Source: Octopus sinensis | Taxonomy: Eukaryota | Direction of reading: 5' to 3' | Assembly: GCF_006345805.1 (NCBI RefSeq) | Contig: NC_043003.1 | Span: 37,510,001-37,574,000 of the forward strand | Length of the DNA: 64,000 nt | Shown here: one piece after another, positions 38,471 to 51,505 of the stretch | Position numbering within the stretch: position 1 is the stretch's first letter | Layout: each line of letters starts with the position of its first letter | Made by a program: the position numbers and the translations under genes | The notes under the pieces: model-generated | The model's input: only the letters and a program-made list of their open reading frames with translations | Databases searched by the model: none | What the model was told of the DNA's origin: nothing

Positions 38471-39389
38471 AGAATCATCATCATCATTATCTAACGTCTA
38501 TTTTTTATGCTGACATGGGTTGGACGGTTTGACAGGAGCTGGCTAGGCTAGGAGTCACACCAGATTCCATAATCTGTTTTGGCTTGGTTTCTGTTGCTGG
38601 ATGCCCTTCCTAAGGGAGCTTTCATGAGCAGCTGGTAGATTATATTTATTATATTTCATGAGTGAACTTACAGATAAACTATCCCTGTGCATCTACTACA
38701 TACAAAGTCTTTCTCTTCTATCAGTCATTCTGACCACTGCATCTCATCTCTTGTGTACTCATTGGATGCATCATACAAAATTTATGCTACTTTTTACATG
38801 GAATAGAGCAACAGCAGTAATTGTATTCACCTCAATAGACGTCATTGATTGGTTGAAATTGCCGAAATACAAAAAATAGCTTACAAACTACATAATTTTC
38901 TCAAGAACGCCAAGAGAAAAAGATGTTTTATGTGACACATTCTACCAGTATACAAAGTTTAAAAGAGTTTAGTTACAAAGAAATTATTTTTTAAATCTGT
39001 CAAAGTGAAAATAGACGTTGCAAGTATTCGCACCAGATTCTACATTTAAGGATATAAAAATATTATTTCCCTTGTCCCATCAGCCTTGCAGGGCATAAAG
39101 AAAAGAACAAGGGCCTCTGTGCTTAGTAAGAAAACCCTTGCTCTTTAAATGAGAGCAGGATATTTTCATGTCGATTATTTCTTTTAACATTTCAGATCGT
39201 TTAAAAAAAAATTCAAGTGGTATCTGGGTGTTGATTCAGATTGGGCCTATAAACAAGGTAGTCTATATCGTTCATCGGCAACTTAATACTTTCCCATACA
39301 TTTGTATATCTAATTCATTATCCTACTTCTTTTTCCTTCTCAAAGTAACTTATAAAAACAAATTACTAAAGTTTCTAAGATGTCTGGAC

Positions 39390-39490
39390 TGTTCTGATTG
39401 GCTAAATGCTGATCACGTGCTACAGTAAGGCGGCCAACTCAAAGAGTGTTCATTGATCGTCCATTGCTTGTTGACACTTTTTTCCCGGAC
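39390..39490 (+). promoter_or_regulatory. Putative ORC1 proximal promoter
   Basis: Inverted CCAAT box (ATTGG 39397-39401), E-box CACGTG (39414-39419) and E2F-like GGCGGCCAA (39429-39437) and TTTCCCGG (39481-39488), all within 170 bp of the ATG. Confidence 0.55.
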
Positions 39491-39559
39491 TTTTTTTTTG
39501 TTATTGTTCTCCTCTATTTCCACACAATTTTGGGGGAAAAAAGTCTTTTTTAATCAAAC

Positions 39560-39666
39560 ATGCCAACTCAATCCAAGTATTTTGTTCCAGTCAAAAAGGG
39601 AGATTTCTCTTGGATTGGAGAAGGAATCCTTGTTGGTGATAGGCGCAGCAAAGAAAAACATTACAA
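39560..39666 (+). CDS. ORC1: Origin recognition complex subunit 1, coding exon 1
   Basis: AAC-ATG, then MPTQSKYFVPVKKGDFSWIGEGILVGDRRSKEKHY + AA|gtaaat. SWIG resembles the vertebrate ORC1 N-terminal SWVG, and the phase 2 end matches the next exon. Confidence 0.8.
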
Positions 39667-40585
39667 GTAAATATCCTTTAACATACACACGTAATGTATT
39701 ATATATATATAATTATATTTATCGACATATATATATAAACAATCAAATGCATAAGCATTAGAACCTACTCAGATGTTTTTTAATCTTACGATACATCCAT
39801 GGATAAACAATGACGTTTATTAAAGTGTTATTAATGGTTGATACACGTGTCCATTAAAAACTTCAACGTATAAGGAGTCCACTTTTCGTTCGATCGAAAT
39901 ACTTAATTTTTGCTTCACCCGTTCTATAATTGATATTCTTTTTCACTATTATTATTAGTAATCCAAGTGTCTGTGAAATATCAACCATTTTAACACTTTA
40001 ATACAATGAATGAGTATTTGAATAGTTCTCTTCATCGAAACCGAAGCGCGAAATTCATCATCGATTGTTGCTGAAATGGGGTTTTCTCGATTTTAGAAAG
40101 TCAATAGCAGTACGTTTGAGTGCTTTACATTATAACCATGTTTTGTTTTTATGGAGCAAACCTATGCTCAAAGACAGAGTGGTTACAAAGATCTTTGTTT
40201 TCAAATATAGTATGTCTAGGGCTAAATTATCCAATGTATCCTCTTTTCAAAATAATATTGTTGGATGTGAGGGGGATTTGACTGAGAGTCGATCGTACAA
40301 CCGCGTAGATGCTTCTTCATTGGTTTTGGTTCATTTGTGTATGATGATTTTCAGGACACATGACGATTAAAACTATTAGTTATAAATAACACTCTAATGC
40401 TCAAGGAGGCTAATTTACAACATTAGAGAGTTGATTAGTGATATATATATATATATATATACACACACATAAAAGCAATTAAGATTCAAGTCAATTCTAA
40501 TGAATTTACTTGAATGCGGTACTTAACTTAGATGCACCAGAAAACTATATGGTGTTAACCATACAGTAATGTGGGGTGATTATAA

Positions 40586-40659
40586 ACGAGAAAGAAGCAA
40601 CAAGAATGGATTAGTTTTTAGTACTAAAAACTAATCCATTCTTGTTGCTTCTTTCTCGT
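40586..40659. repeat. Perfect 74-bp palindrome with no spacer
   Basis: ACGAGAAAGAAGCAACAAGAATGGATTAGTTTTTAGT|ACTAAAAACTAATCCATTCTTGTTGCTTCTTTCTCGT. Confidence 0.97.
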
Positions 40660-40824
40660 ATACACACACATATATATGAAAGTACTACGGAGATGTACTT
40701 GCATAGCAAGTAATTTGATCTAAGACCGTGTGCTGAAATGTAACAATTGCAGCGTGGAAGGTGTTTATAAGCCATTTAAGAAACACACAAAAGCCGTTCG
40801 ATTCACTTCAACACTTAAGTTTAG

Positions 40825-40875
40825 TTTGTCAAAATATTTTCGTCGCTTTAGGACCGCGACCTGTTCACTGACAAA
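40825..40875 (-). ncRNA. Minimal type I hammerhead motif with G3-C8 swapped core
   Basis: TTTGTCA-GTGAACA-G-GTCGC(GGTCCTAAA)GCGAC-GAAA-ATAT-T-T-TGACAAA: 7-bp stem I, 5-bp stem II, palindromic stem III. Confidence 0.7.
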
Positions 40876-41007
40876 AATCCGTGCTGCATCTCATTTATGA
40901 AAGTACTAGTTCAATCAAAATGGACATTTAATATTCTATTAGTTCATTTTATTATATTATTATAAGATTGTAAGCAAAACGTGAAAATCAGACAAGGTTG
41001 GAATTTC

Positions 41008-41665
41008 GGTTAATATAGGGCGTAACAAATATCAGAAAATCAAAAAAAAAATGTGTGTAATAGGTGTAAAACAACTTCCTATGAACGAATATGAAAAAAA
41101 AAATTCGCGCACGCGAAAGGGGGGTGGGGGAGAGGCCTCGGAAAATTCACATCGGGAAGTTCCGAAAGCGTCTGAGGGGCTGACCCGGGCACCAAAACAA
41201 AAAAAAAATAGTGTAATATGTGTAAAACAACTTGCTCTAAACGAATATGAAAAAAAAATGCGCTCTCGAGAAAGAGGGGTGGGGGAGAGGCCTCGGAATA
41301 TTTATATCGGGAATTTCCGAAAGCGTCTGAACCGGGCACAAAAACAAAAACAGCGTAATAGGTGTAAAACAACTTGCTCTAAACGACTATCATGAAAAAA
41401 ATGCGCGCTCGCGAAAGGGGGGTGGGGGAGAGGCTTCGGAAATTTCCCATCTTCAGTCCACGGCCTTTAAACTAAGAAAAAATAGTGTAATTGGTGTAAA
41501 ACTACTTGTTCTAAACGAGTATCAAGAACACACACTCACACATGAATCATAAACTCCGTATTTCGCAAAAAAAAAAAAAAATAAATAAAGAGAAGAAATT
41601 GTTTTACACCTATTACACACATTTTTTTTTTGATTTTCTGATATTTGTTACGCCCTATATTAACC
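41008..41665. mobile_element. Merlin-like non-autonomous DNA transposon with internal tandem repeats
   Basis: About 68-bp TIR starting GGTTAATATAGGGCGTAAC, 8-bp TSD GGAATTTC, and three to four internal repeats of about 140-160 bp. Confidence 0.85.
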
Positions 41666-44600
41666 GGAATTTCTTTGAGTAACATATTCTTCTATACACA
41701 ATTATACACATACACTCGCAGTTAGTGACAAGTACACTGTTCGTTAAAAATAAAATAACCCATAAACGAAAAATGACTTGGGTGGAATTGTTACTATTAC
41801 GTAAATGCGACACTTTTTCCTTCGAAAGTCCTAATATAGTAAACACTCAAAACACTTTGAACCCTTTTTTAATAGATGTAACCTGGTGTGACTGATATGT
41901 AAGCTGGTCGTAACCTGGTGTGACTGATATGTTAAATAAACGTATATTTCTGTATAAAACGTCGCTGAGGTTAATTTTCATACATTGTCAAAATATACAA
42001 CAACCATACTTATTTAAGCCGAGAACTTAATTATTCTATAGTAGTTTATGTGGTTCGATTTAAAATGAAATATTTATTAGAAAATTGACATTTCCATCTT
42101 CAAATGTAATATTGCTTTTGAGATGCGGAATATAGAACAGGATGGGAACAGCTGTTCTGTATAGTCGCTTGATCTGCTACAAAAGCAGCTATATTCCATC
42201 AAGTTACACCATAACGTTTTGAAAAAATATATACATTGCACAGTATAGTTCTAAGTATATTATTAAAACACTGGATGGTCACGACTGAAACGCCTTTAAA
42301 CATAAACTTGCTCGTCCTGGAGCTAAATAACAGCAATCATTCAAGTCAACTACAGAACCGCTATCCAGTTGCTTGTCCTCCTAGAAATAGCAACGAAAAG
42401 TTCACCCTCAAATCATACCCTACTATCTTAAAAAAGGCAAGGAATCATTGGACATTGTAGTAATGCAGTTATACAAAAAGACTGGATTGTCACAGCCGGT
42501 ATACCTTTCATCCTAGTGCTGCTTAGGAAGTGTGATCTGAGACAAAACATGAATAATCAGCTTTCTTTTATCTTTGTACTCTACAGTGTATTTTAAATAC
42601 TAATGTGACAGTTCATGAGTTCCATTCTCGTTCTTGGAGTGTAAATGAGAAGTTCTATTTTTGGAAAAAAATTCAAGAACAATTTATGATAACGAAACTC
42701 AAAATATAAAAGGATGGTGCTAGCTAAATATTAACTTCTGTGAAATCTTAACTAGTTGTGAAACTGTGACTTGTTAGGAAGTAGTTCACAGAATAGGTAA
42801 TTCAATTAAGTTACTGGAGGTGTAATTAAAACTGCGAAGATGGAACAATTCTGACTCTAATTATCAATTTGAATTTTATTTTTAACTTTAGCACAAGGCT
42901 GTAGTGCATGATGTGGGGAGCTATTTTAAAATTCCTAATTTGTGGGGGCACATCTGTACTGAAAAAAATAGTGAATCATTACTTTTACAAATTTAACTAC
43001 ATTTGGTAACTGTTTTGGTCTTATGGTTTAAACCAGATTTTTTTTGTGAATTTTCATAGAACTTTTGTCAATAGGTGATGTGCAAGCAAGGGATTATCCA
43101 CTCCTGCTATCATCAATTAAATCGACTGCATTACCTGACTTGTACTTATTTTATCAACCTTAGAAAGATGAGGGGCAAGATAGCCATTGTTGGATTCAAA
43201 CTCAAAATTTAAAGGGACATAATTAAAATAACTCAAGGCATGGGATTCTATGTTCCACCAAATTTGCTAATCCACCGTGTTACACTCATCTAGCAAAATT
43301 AGAACATTAAACTAGTATAACATTTGCTTGGCTAATCACAGCATTTAGATTTCAAAATTTGTGGAGTAGCAAAATTTACTTGCTCAAAGGAAGGGCATCT
43401 AGTTTTTGAGATGAAAATTTGGTAATATTAAATATGGCACAGGAGTGGCTGTGTGGTAAGTAGCTTGCTTACCAACCACATGGTTCTGGGTTCAGTCCCA
43501 CTGTGTGGCACCTTGTGCAAGTGTCTTCTACTATAGCCTTGGGCCGACCCAAGCCTTGTGAGTGGATTTGGTAGACGGAAACTGAAAGAAGCTCGTCGTA
43601 TGTATGTGTGTGTTTGTCTCCCCCAACATCACTTAACAACTGATGCTGGTGTGTTTATATCCCCATAATATTATATAAGAAGTATGTCTCATACAAGAGA
43701 TCACTAAATATTGAGGTCTAACATATACAGTGATCTTAAAAGCCTTAGATGTGGCACTGTTCCTACTATCTCAAAAAGGGAAATGACATGTTTGAGACTT
43801 GGTCTTAAATAGATACTCCTAAAAAATGAGTCAGTTTTGGTCATGGATCTAGTTGATTAAAACTAGCTGAATGTTTAACAGCAACAACACTGGCACTCTT
43901 TCTTATCTCTACCTTTTCAACTACCACTAAAACACCTGCGCTTCACCCTGGCCTCATTCTTACTGTATCTTACAACCAATCACCAGTCACTGCAATAAAC
44001 CAGTTTATGCCAAACAAACAGCCTACAGCAAGATTTAGTCAGACCTCAGGCTCCATTTTATAATACTATATTTATTGTATTATTAATTTTAAATTATTCT
44101 GTAAATATATAACTTGCATCTGCTCAGAATCAGAGCTGAAACAGAATTTCGATTAACACCAGTTCAAGTTTGTCGAATCAGTGCACCTCGGGGAATCTTT
44201 TGTTTTCTCACCCAACGAAAAAGAAGTTTATGAATTCATATACTAAAAGATATAACAATTTTCTTCTCCAATTTGTCTTTATACATCTGCCCAAAAAGAT
44301 GTTTTTTTTATTTCTTCTTTAAATTCATACACTTTCATCTAAATGAATTCTAGTGATATAAACAATATTAAGAAATTTTACTGTTGAAACTGCAAGCTTC
44401 CTTTTAAGCATTGGTTTTCTCAAGAACTATATGCACATATTTTAACAATTTCTGCCTCCATTCTCATTCTTATGACTATTACTCAACAGGACTCTATACA
44501 TACTATATGAATGAGATTTCTACAAGTATCTCTGCACAAAAGTTTTTGTAATGCCTCATATTCTTTCATTTATTGTTAATGTCTATTGGCCTCATGTGTC

Positions 44601-45209
44601 AATGTAGACTACAAGATCTAGTTCATGCTTCAATCTGACCTGCAAAACCAAACAAGTTCAACACCCCTGCAGTGCTCCACCAGAACTGCAAGCATCAAGA
44701 ATTCACTTCCTATCCATATTTTCCCTATTGATGTTCATTCTGAACACCAACCACAACAATCTCACCATTAGGGTAATACCTACAAGAGTCAGAGGTTTGG
44801 AATGATTTCTCAGTTTTCAATTGATTAATTAATTAGAAAAGTCTGGTGTTCTTTTTTTAACTGATTAGTGAGGGAAGAGCAGTGTCTGTAGCCCTTTTTG
44901 TTCAGGGCCTCCATGATTTGTAGAGTGAAGGGAGAAAGTTATCTTCAAACTGGAAACCTGGCCCAAATGCTTGCAACAGAGCAAACTCCACTAAAAACAA
45001 CCAAGGACTGGGTGCTGATGTTTAACACTTCTGAGACCAACCTGCCTTAATCCATTTTGGTTCTATGATACAAACTTCATATTTTGAAGTGATCTAACTA
45101 AATTAAGCCTTTCTATCAAACTTCCATGTTAATTTCTGTTTCAAACACCAGCTTAATAACTACAAAGTTATTTTGATAAAACTCTTCACTATTTTCAAAA
45201 AGGGAATAT

Positions 45210-45600
45210 ATGGAAGGGGTAGATGCAGGAAGACGGGTGAAGTGGTGAGAAAGGATCTACAGAAGTTGGGGCTCACAGAACTGATGACAGGGGACCGATA
45301 CTTCTCGTGGTTTGCTGTGCTTGAAAAGACCATGTCAAGCTAAGTAAAAGCGTAGTTGCCTTTGCATACAGCCTCGTTCTCTATCGGCTCATAGGTGTTG
45401 GTAGTACATAAAAAAAAACCCATACCAGTGCTGCATAAAAACACCCAGTACACTCTGTAAAGTGGTTGGTGTTAAGAAGGGCATCCAGCCTTAGAAACCA
45501 TGTCAAAACAGACATGGAGCCTGAACAGCCCTTCATTTGGTCATCTCCTGTCAGACTGTCCAACCCATGCCAGAATGGAAAACAGACGTTAAGTGATGAT
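45210..45600 (+). mobile_element. RTE LINE 3' end
   Basis: GRGRCRKT..VVRKDLQKLGLT followed by the RTE 3' UTR. Confidence 0.75.
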
Positions 45601-45860
45601 AGATTGAAACAAATGCAATGTATGGCAGCAAAAATATAATAAAAAATGGGTTGTGGGGGTAATAAAGTCCACCTCTCAGAAAGCTGAACACAAAGGCCTG
45701 GAACAAACACCATACACATTGTTGCTTGAAACTTTAGTAGTTCGCTAATCCCCTCCTCTCAAATTTCAGGCATTGTGCCTTTAGTAGAAAGGATTATTAT
45801 TATTATTATTATTCAACATCTTTTCAGTAAGCCATAAAGTGAAACTTTGTTTTGTTTCAG

Positions 45861-45991
45861 AGCTTTTCAGTTAAATGGCGAAAACTATAAAATAGGCAAC
45901 TTTGTATATATTTCAAACGAAGATATTATTGATGGTGGTTTGGATTCATCTTTCATTGCTCAGATTAAAGACCTTTATTCCAAGATAAGAG
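45861..45991 (+). CDS. ORC1: ORC1 exon 2 (BAH domain)
   Basis: tttcag acceptor, gtaaga donor. Encodes AFQLNGENYKIGNFVYISNEDIIDGGLDSSFIAQIKDLY, the BAH IG.FV.I...FIA.I..L pattern. Confidence 0.88.
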
Positions 45992-48900
45992 GTAAGATAA
46001 TAAGTTTTATCAAGCAGCTTGCATGTGTCTTATATTTTTGTTTTTAATGATTGTCACAATTTTCAATATATGTTATCTTAATCACTTGATTCATATGTTT
46101 CTATTTTTTGATCAAAATTTATTTTGTTTTTTATAAATCCAACCATATAACTGGAGGGTAAAAAATATTTTCCATGCTGAAATTTGAAAAAAAGATGTTG
46201 CAAGTAAGAGATATGAATTATTCTCCGCAGCAGAAGTCTTAAGACCAGTCCTTGTGGCGGTGTCATGTAAAAGCATCCATGCAGCACCATGTAAAAGCAC
46301 CTGTGCAGAACCATGTAAAAGTGCCCATGTGGTGCCACATAAAAACACTCTGTAAAGTGGTTGGTGTTAGGAAGGGCATCCAGCTGTAGAAACTGTGCCA
46401 GATCAGACTGGAGCCTGGTGCAGCTCCCTAACTTGCCAGCATGGACAATGGATGTTAAATGATAATGATGAACCAATAATCTTTAATTCAAATACTGAGC
46501 ACAAGCGATGCTATGTGGTTTAGAAGTTTGATTTGTATCAGAGTAGTTCCATACCTTGGACAACTTTCTTTAACTATAGCCCCATGCCAACTAAAGCATT
46601 GTAAATGAATTCAATAGATGAAAATTGAAAAGAAACCAATTGTGTGTGTGTGTGTTCTTGTCTTTACATTCTTTTATCTTTTACTTGTTTCAATCATGAG
46701 ACTGTGTCCATGTTGGGATGCCACCTTAAAGATCTTTGGTTGAATGAATTGACTCCAGTATATATTTTTTATTTAAGTCTGGTACTTACTCTGTTAGTTT
46801 CTTTGCTGAACCACTAAGTTATGAGGATGTAAACACACCAACAGCACTTGTCAAGCTGTGGTTGGGGACACACACATACATATACATACAATAGGTTTCT
46901 TTCAATTTCTGTCTGCCAAATCTACTCACAAGGCCTCAGTCCAAAGCTATAGTAGAAGACACTTGCCCTAGGTGCCACACAGTGGGACTGAACCTGGAAC
47001 CATGTGGCTGGGAAGCAAACATCTTACCACACAACCGTACCATTGTGCACTAATTGTAAACAAATGTCACCATCTTACAAACAATATTATTTTTTTTGTA
47101 ATCTTCCATGAAAACATATCTGGATTAGGAGAAACAGAAGATTGGAAACAGGAAGAGCATCCAGTCACAGAAAATCTGCTTCAACAAATTTTATCTTACT
47201 CAGATCATCATCATCATCATCATCGCCATTTAACATCTGTCTTCCATGTTGGCATGGGTTAGATGATTTAACAGGATTTGACAAGCCAAAAGACTGCACC
47301 AGGCTCTGTCTGTTTTAGCATGGTTTTTACAGCTGGATGTCCTTCCTAACACCAAGCTAAAATGGACATTGATGATAAAAATGATTATATTCATAAAATC
47401 ATAAGAGCATTTGCATTAGCCAAAAGTTCTTTATTGTTGAGCGAATACCTTTCTTTAAGCCTGTTACACAGATAATAATCTACTCTAATGGTAAAAATGC
47501 ATTAAAGCAATGAATTCAGAAGTGAATCAGTATAGCAGAAGTCATTGTTTAGTATCTTGAAATTGACATATGTAGCAAACCTATAGTGTGTGTGTGTGTG
47601 TATATACATCTTTTATTTTTTACTTGTTTCAGTCATCAGACTACAACCATGCTGACGCACCATCTGGAAGTATTTTAGTCAAGTAAATTGACCCCACTAC
47701 TTTTTTTTTTAACCCTGGTACTTATTCTATTGGTCTCTTTTACTGAACTGCTATGTTATGGGGATGTAAACACACCAACACCAGTTGTCAAACAATGGTG
47801 GGGAACAAACATAGACACACATGCATACATACATATATGATGGGTTCCTTTCATTTTCTGTCTACCAAATCCACTCACAAATCTTTGGTCAGCCCGATGC
47901 TATAGTAGAAGACACTTGCCTATGGTGCAACACTGGGACTGAACCCTGTCAAATTGTCCAACCCATGCCAGCATGGAATATACAGACACTAACTGCTGCT
48001 GCTGCTTATAATGATGATGATGATGAATGTCAGAACTTAACAATAGGTTTTTGCTTTCGTCGCTTCACCCTAATTTCTCTATTATTTGGAATACCCAATA
48101 TTATGATTAAAGTTCAATGCTGTCTTCTGTTTATCAGTGATAAGATTAAAGTGCATGCAGTAGTTTATAATCTGTGATATCTGTGAGTTCTTTTACACTT
48201 GCTGCCTACTGAAGCAGAATGGTTAATTAACAGATGCAATTGGTGAACTACTTGCAGGTCCTGAGTTCAAATTTGTTATAGGCATTTCATTATATATTTA
48301 GGGCAGTACATTTTATTTGACATTACTTAACAGGTTAGACATATGTTATTATTGTCTAGATCAACTCTGATTACATTTATAGCATGAGGTGCTTGGGAGG
48401 CAGTTGATTAAATGCTCAAGAGCTAACCAAAGGTGGAGCATCATAGATGTACAGATATAAGATACCCAAGTTGGAAATTCACTGTTTGAGCTGTGTATCA
48501 CAGTATCAAAATTACAATAGCATTTGAATTAGCCACGAGTTTTGTTCAGTTGAGTTAATACCTTTAAGTCACGTTGGATTTTAATGTTATACAGGTAGCA
48601 ATCTATTCTAATGATAGCAATGACTTAAAATACTGAATCCAGAAGTAAATTAGTATAGCAGAAATTGTTAAGTATCTTCACTATTTGGCTTGTGTTCCAG
48701 TTGTAGCAATCCTGTGTGTCTTGCTTTTTGTGTGTGAGCATTATGTCCCAATATTTGAGGCTGAAAACATATGGTCCAGATTTTTTTTTTTAAGTACATT
48801 AGGAGTTTCACACCATCACTGACCCTGTTCTTAAATCATTCGATCTCTGCCTAATCTTGACCACCTACTGCATATCCATACTGCCCACTGCAACTCTTCC

Positions 48901-49967
48901 TGAGCTTTATAGCATTTCAGGTCAGGTAACTGGTCAGACTGCCACCAGTTTGAAACTAACTAACCCTGACAGCTAATAGAGCAGTTCATTTCACAGATTG
49001 AGCAACTATATTGGAGCTTCTTTGTTGATCTCTATAAAAACAGGTGTGAAGAAGTAACATGTGACCATTACAAAAGACCTTATTAAGTAATCCTAGCTCT
49101 ATGGAAGTGACACACACATGGGATGAATTAATTAGAATAGATTTTAAAAAGCTTAAGCCTTTCACATAATCATCATCATCATGCCTTGAGGTGTTCCTTC
49201 CAGCCCTTAATGTTCTGAGTCCAAATTTCACTGGGGCAACTTTTCTTTTCATCTCCCAGGATTCAATAAAATGAAGTACCAGTCATATTCTGGAACCGCT
49301 GTAATGAACTAAACCCCTCTACTCAAATTTCTGGCCTTGTACCTCTGTATGAAGTCATCATTGCTATAAAATAGATCTTCTATAAACAATGTTTTTTAAA
49401 TGCCAGTCCAGCTATAAATAATGGCTCATAGCACATAGGGTTAAAAAAAAAACCTTTCAAGAGAAAAAGAGGCAGAGAATATCCTGTGGATCTTGAACCA
49501 TGCATTTGCTGCCATCTTGACAGTCATAATACACTTACACTAAAGTTTATAGAAAACTTTTTTTCACATATTTCTCAATGCTTTTCTTGTTACTTTCTAA
49601 ATGTAGACAAACTTGCTTTCATATTTAAAGTATCTAATTTAGATGAATGAAAGTGTGAAAAGTATTTCTCAATGCTTCTAACAATATCTCGTTAAATATG
49701 TACAGTCATTAGCATTTCGTCTGTCTGCACATTCTGAGTTCATATTCCCCTGTGATCAACTTTTCCTCTCATCCTTTGGCAATCAATAAAATAAATACCA
49801 GTTGGACACTGGGGTTGGTGTAATTACCAGCCCCTACCCCCAAAATTTCAGACCTTGTGCCTATAATAGAAAGGCTTATTATTATTATTATTACTGCAAG
49901 CTGGCCAAACTATTATCAAGTCATACTTGCTTGTTAGTAACAGTAATTGTTTTTTTTTCTACTTTAG

Positions 49968-50146
49968 GAGATTATGATATTGGTGATAATTATGTTGTTG
50001 TCAGATGGTTCTGGAGACAATCAGAAATTGGAGAATCTCTACGCAAGAAATGTTGTCAGCAATCTGCTGCCAATGAAATATTCCTCAACACTGCATCGTT
50101 CTTTGACACAGAAGTGTTTACCGAGACAATTGTTGGGAAATGCAAG
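49968..50146 (+). CDS. ORC1: ORC1 exon 3 (BAH domain)
   Basis: tttag acceptor, gtaata donor. Encodes VVVRWFWRQSEI...NEIFLN...ETIVGKCK, the BAH core. Confidence 0.9.
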
Positions 50147-51289
50147 GTAATATACAGTTTTTTTTTCTAGCAGAAACTTTAGAACATTGGGAAAAGTATC
50201 CTGCCATATTTTTTCCAGTTCTTTACATTCCAAGTTCAAATCTCATCGATATTAACTTTGCCTTTCATCCTTCTGGATGAAAGGCAAAGTTGTCTGCTTT
50301 CATTCCCTTCAAGATTTCTGGACTTATACCTATCAAAAGCATCTGACAAAATGTCTTGTGGTTTATTTCGTTATGACACTTTATGTTCTGAGTTCAAATC
50401 CCTCTGAAACCAACTTTTATTTTTGTCCTTCAGGAGTCAATAAAATAAAGTGCCAGTCAAGTACCAGGATTGATTTAACCAAATCTTCCTCAAATCACTT
50501 CCTGCCACTTAAAAAGAAAGTGGGTGGAGGTATTTATACATTAAATAATGCACTCCTAGATATACTATGTCTGAAAAAAAGAGTTGGAATGGTCATAACT
50601 CAATAAACACACACAACGCCCGGTCTGGGAATTGAAATCGTGATCCGCCCACTGTGAGTCCACTACCCTAACCACTGGGCCATTGCGCCTCCACATGAGT
50701 ATACTAGTATGTTAATGGAAGGTGAAAGTTAAATGATGGTAGCGGTTGTGAAAAGCACTCGTGGCAGTGTCACATAAAAGTGCCTGTGTGGTGCAACATA
50801 AAACCACCCAGCACTCTGTAAAGTAATTTGTTTTAGTCATTAGACTGCAGCCATGCGAGGTGGCACCAACTTGAATTTTTATTCAAACGAATTGACCCCA
50901 GTACTTATATTTTAAAGCCTGGTTCTTATTCTGTTAGTCTCTTTTGCTGAGCCACTGAGTTATGTGGGGATGTAAAACACAGTAACACTTGTCAAGCAGT
51001 GATGGAGACAAACACACACATATCTACAATGGGCTTCTACCAAATTCACTCACAAGGCTTTGGTCAGCCCAAAGCAATAGTAGATGTTTGCCCAAGGTGC
51101 CATGTTGTATTGAACCCAAAGCCATGTGATTGAGAAGCAAGCATCTTATCACACACCCAACACCTTTTCTTTCTTTCATTCTTTTTCTTTTTTCAACAAG
51201 TTTACCGTAATGTCTGCTTTCCAGACTATTTTCTTTGTCTCGGATGTATTGTTGACACAGAGTTTCTATCAATATTCCTTCTAATTCCC

Positions 51290-51505
51290 AAGGAGGCAAG
51301 CTGGCAGAAACATTAGCACACCGGGTGAAATGCTTAGTGGTATTTTGTCTGTCTTTACATTCTGAGTTCAAACTCTGCCGAGGTCAACTTTGCCTTTCAT
51401 CCTTTCAGGGTTAATAAATTAGGTACTAGTTGCATACTGGGGTTAATCTAATCGACTGGCCCCCTCCCCCAAAATTTCAGGCCTTGTACCTAGAGTAGAA
51501 AAGAA
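51290..51505 (+). mobile_element. tRNA-headed SINE with GCCTTTCATCCTTT core (MetaSINE-like), tail type A
   Basis: A/B-box-like head, conserved core, tail GGCCTTGTACCTAGAGTAGAAAAG; flanked by a direct repeat AATATTCCTTCTAATT. Confidence 0.8.

Noticed and set aside
41051-41520. Regularly spaced repeats resembling a CRISPR array
   Set aside because: The whole 140-160 bp unit repeats with no unique spacers, inside a TIR element in eukaryotic DNA; no cas genes.
41878-41931. 23-bp direct repeat GTAACCTGGTGTGACTGATATGT twice
   Set aside because: Simple local duplication with no further structure.
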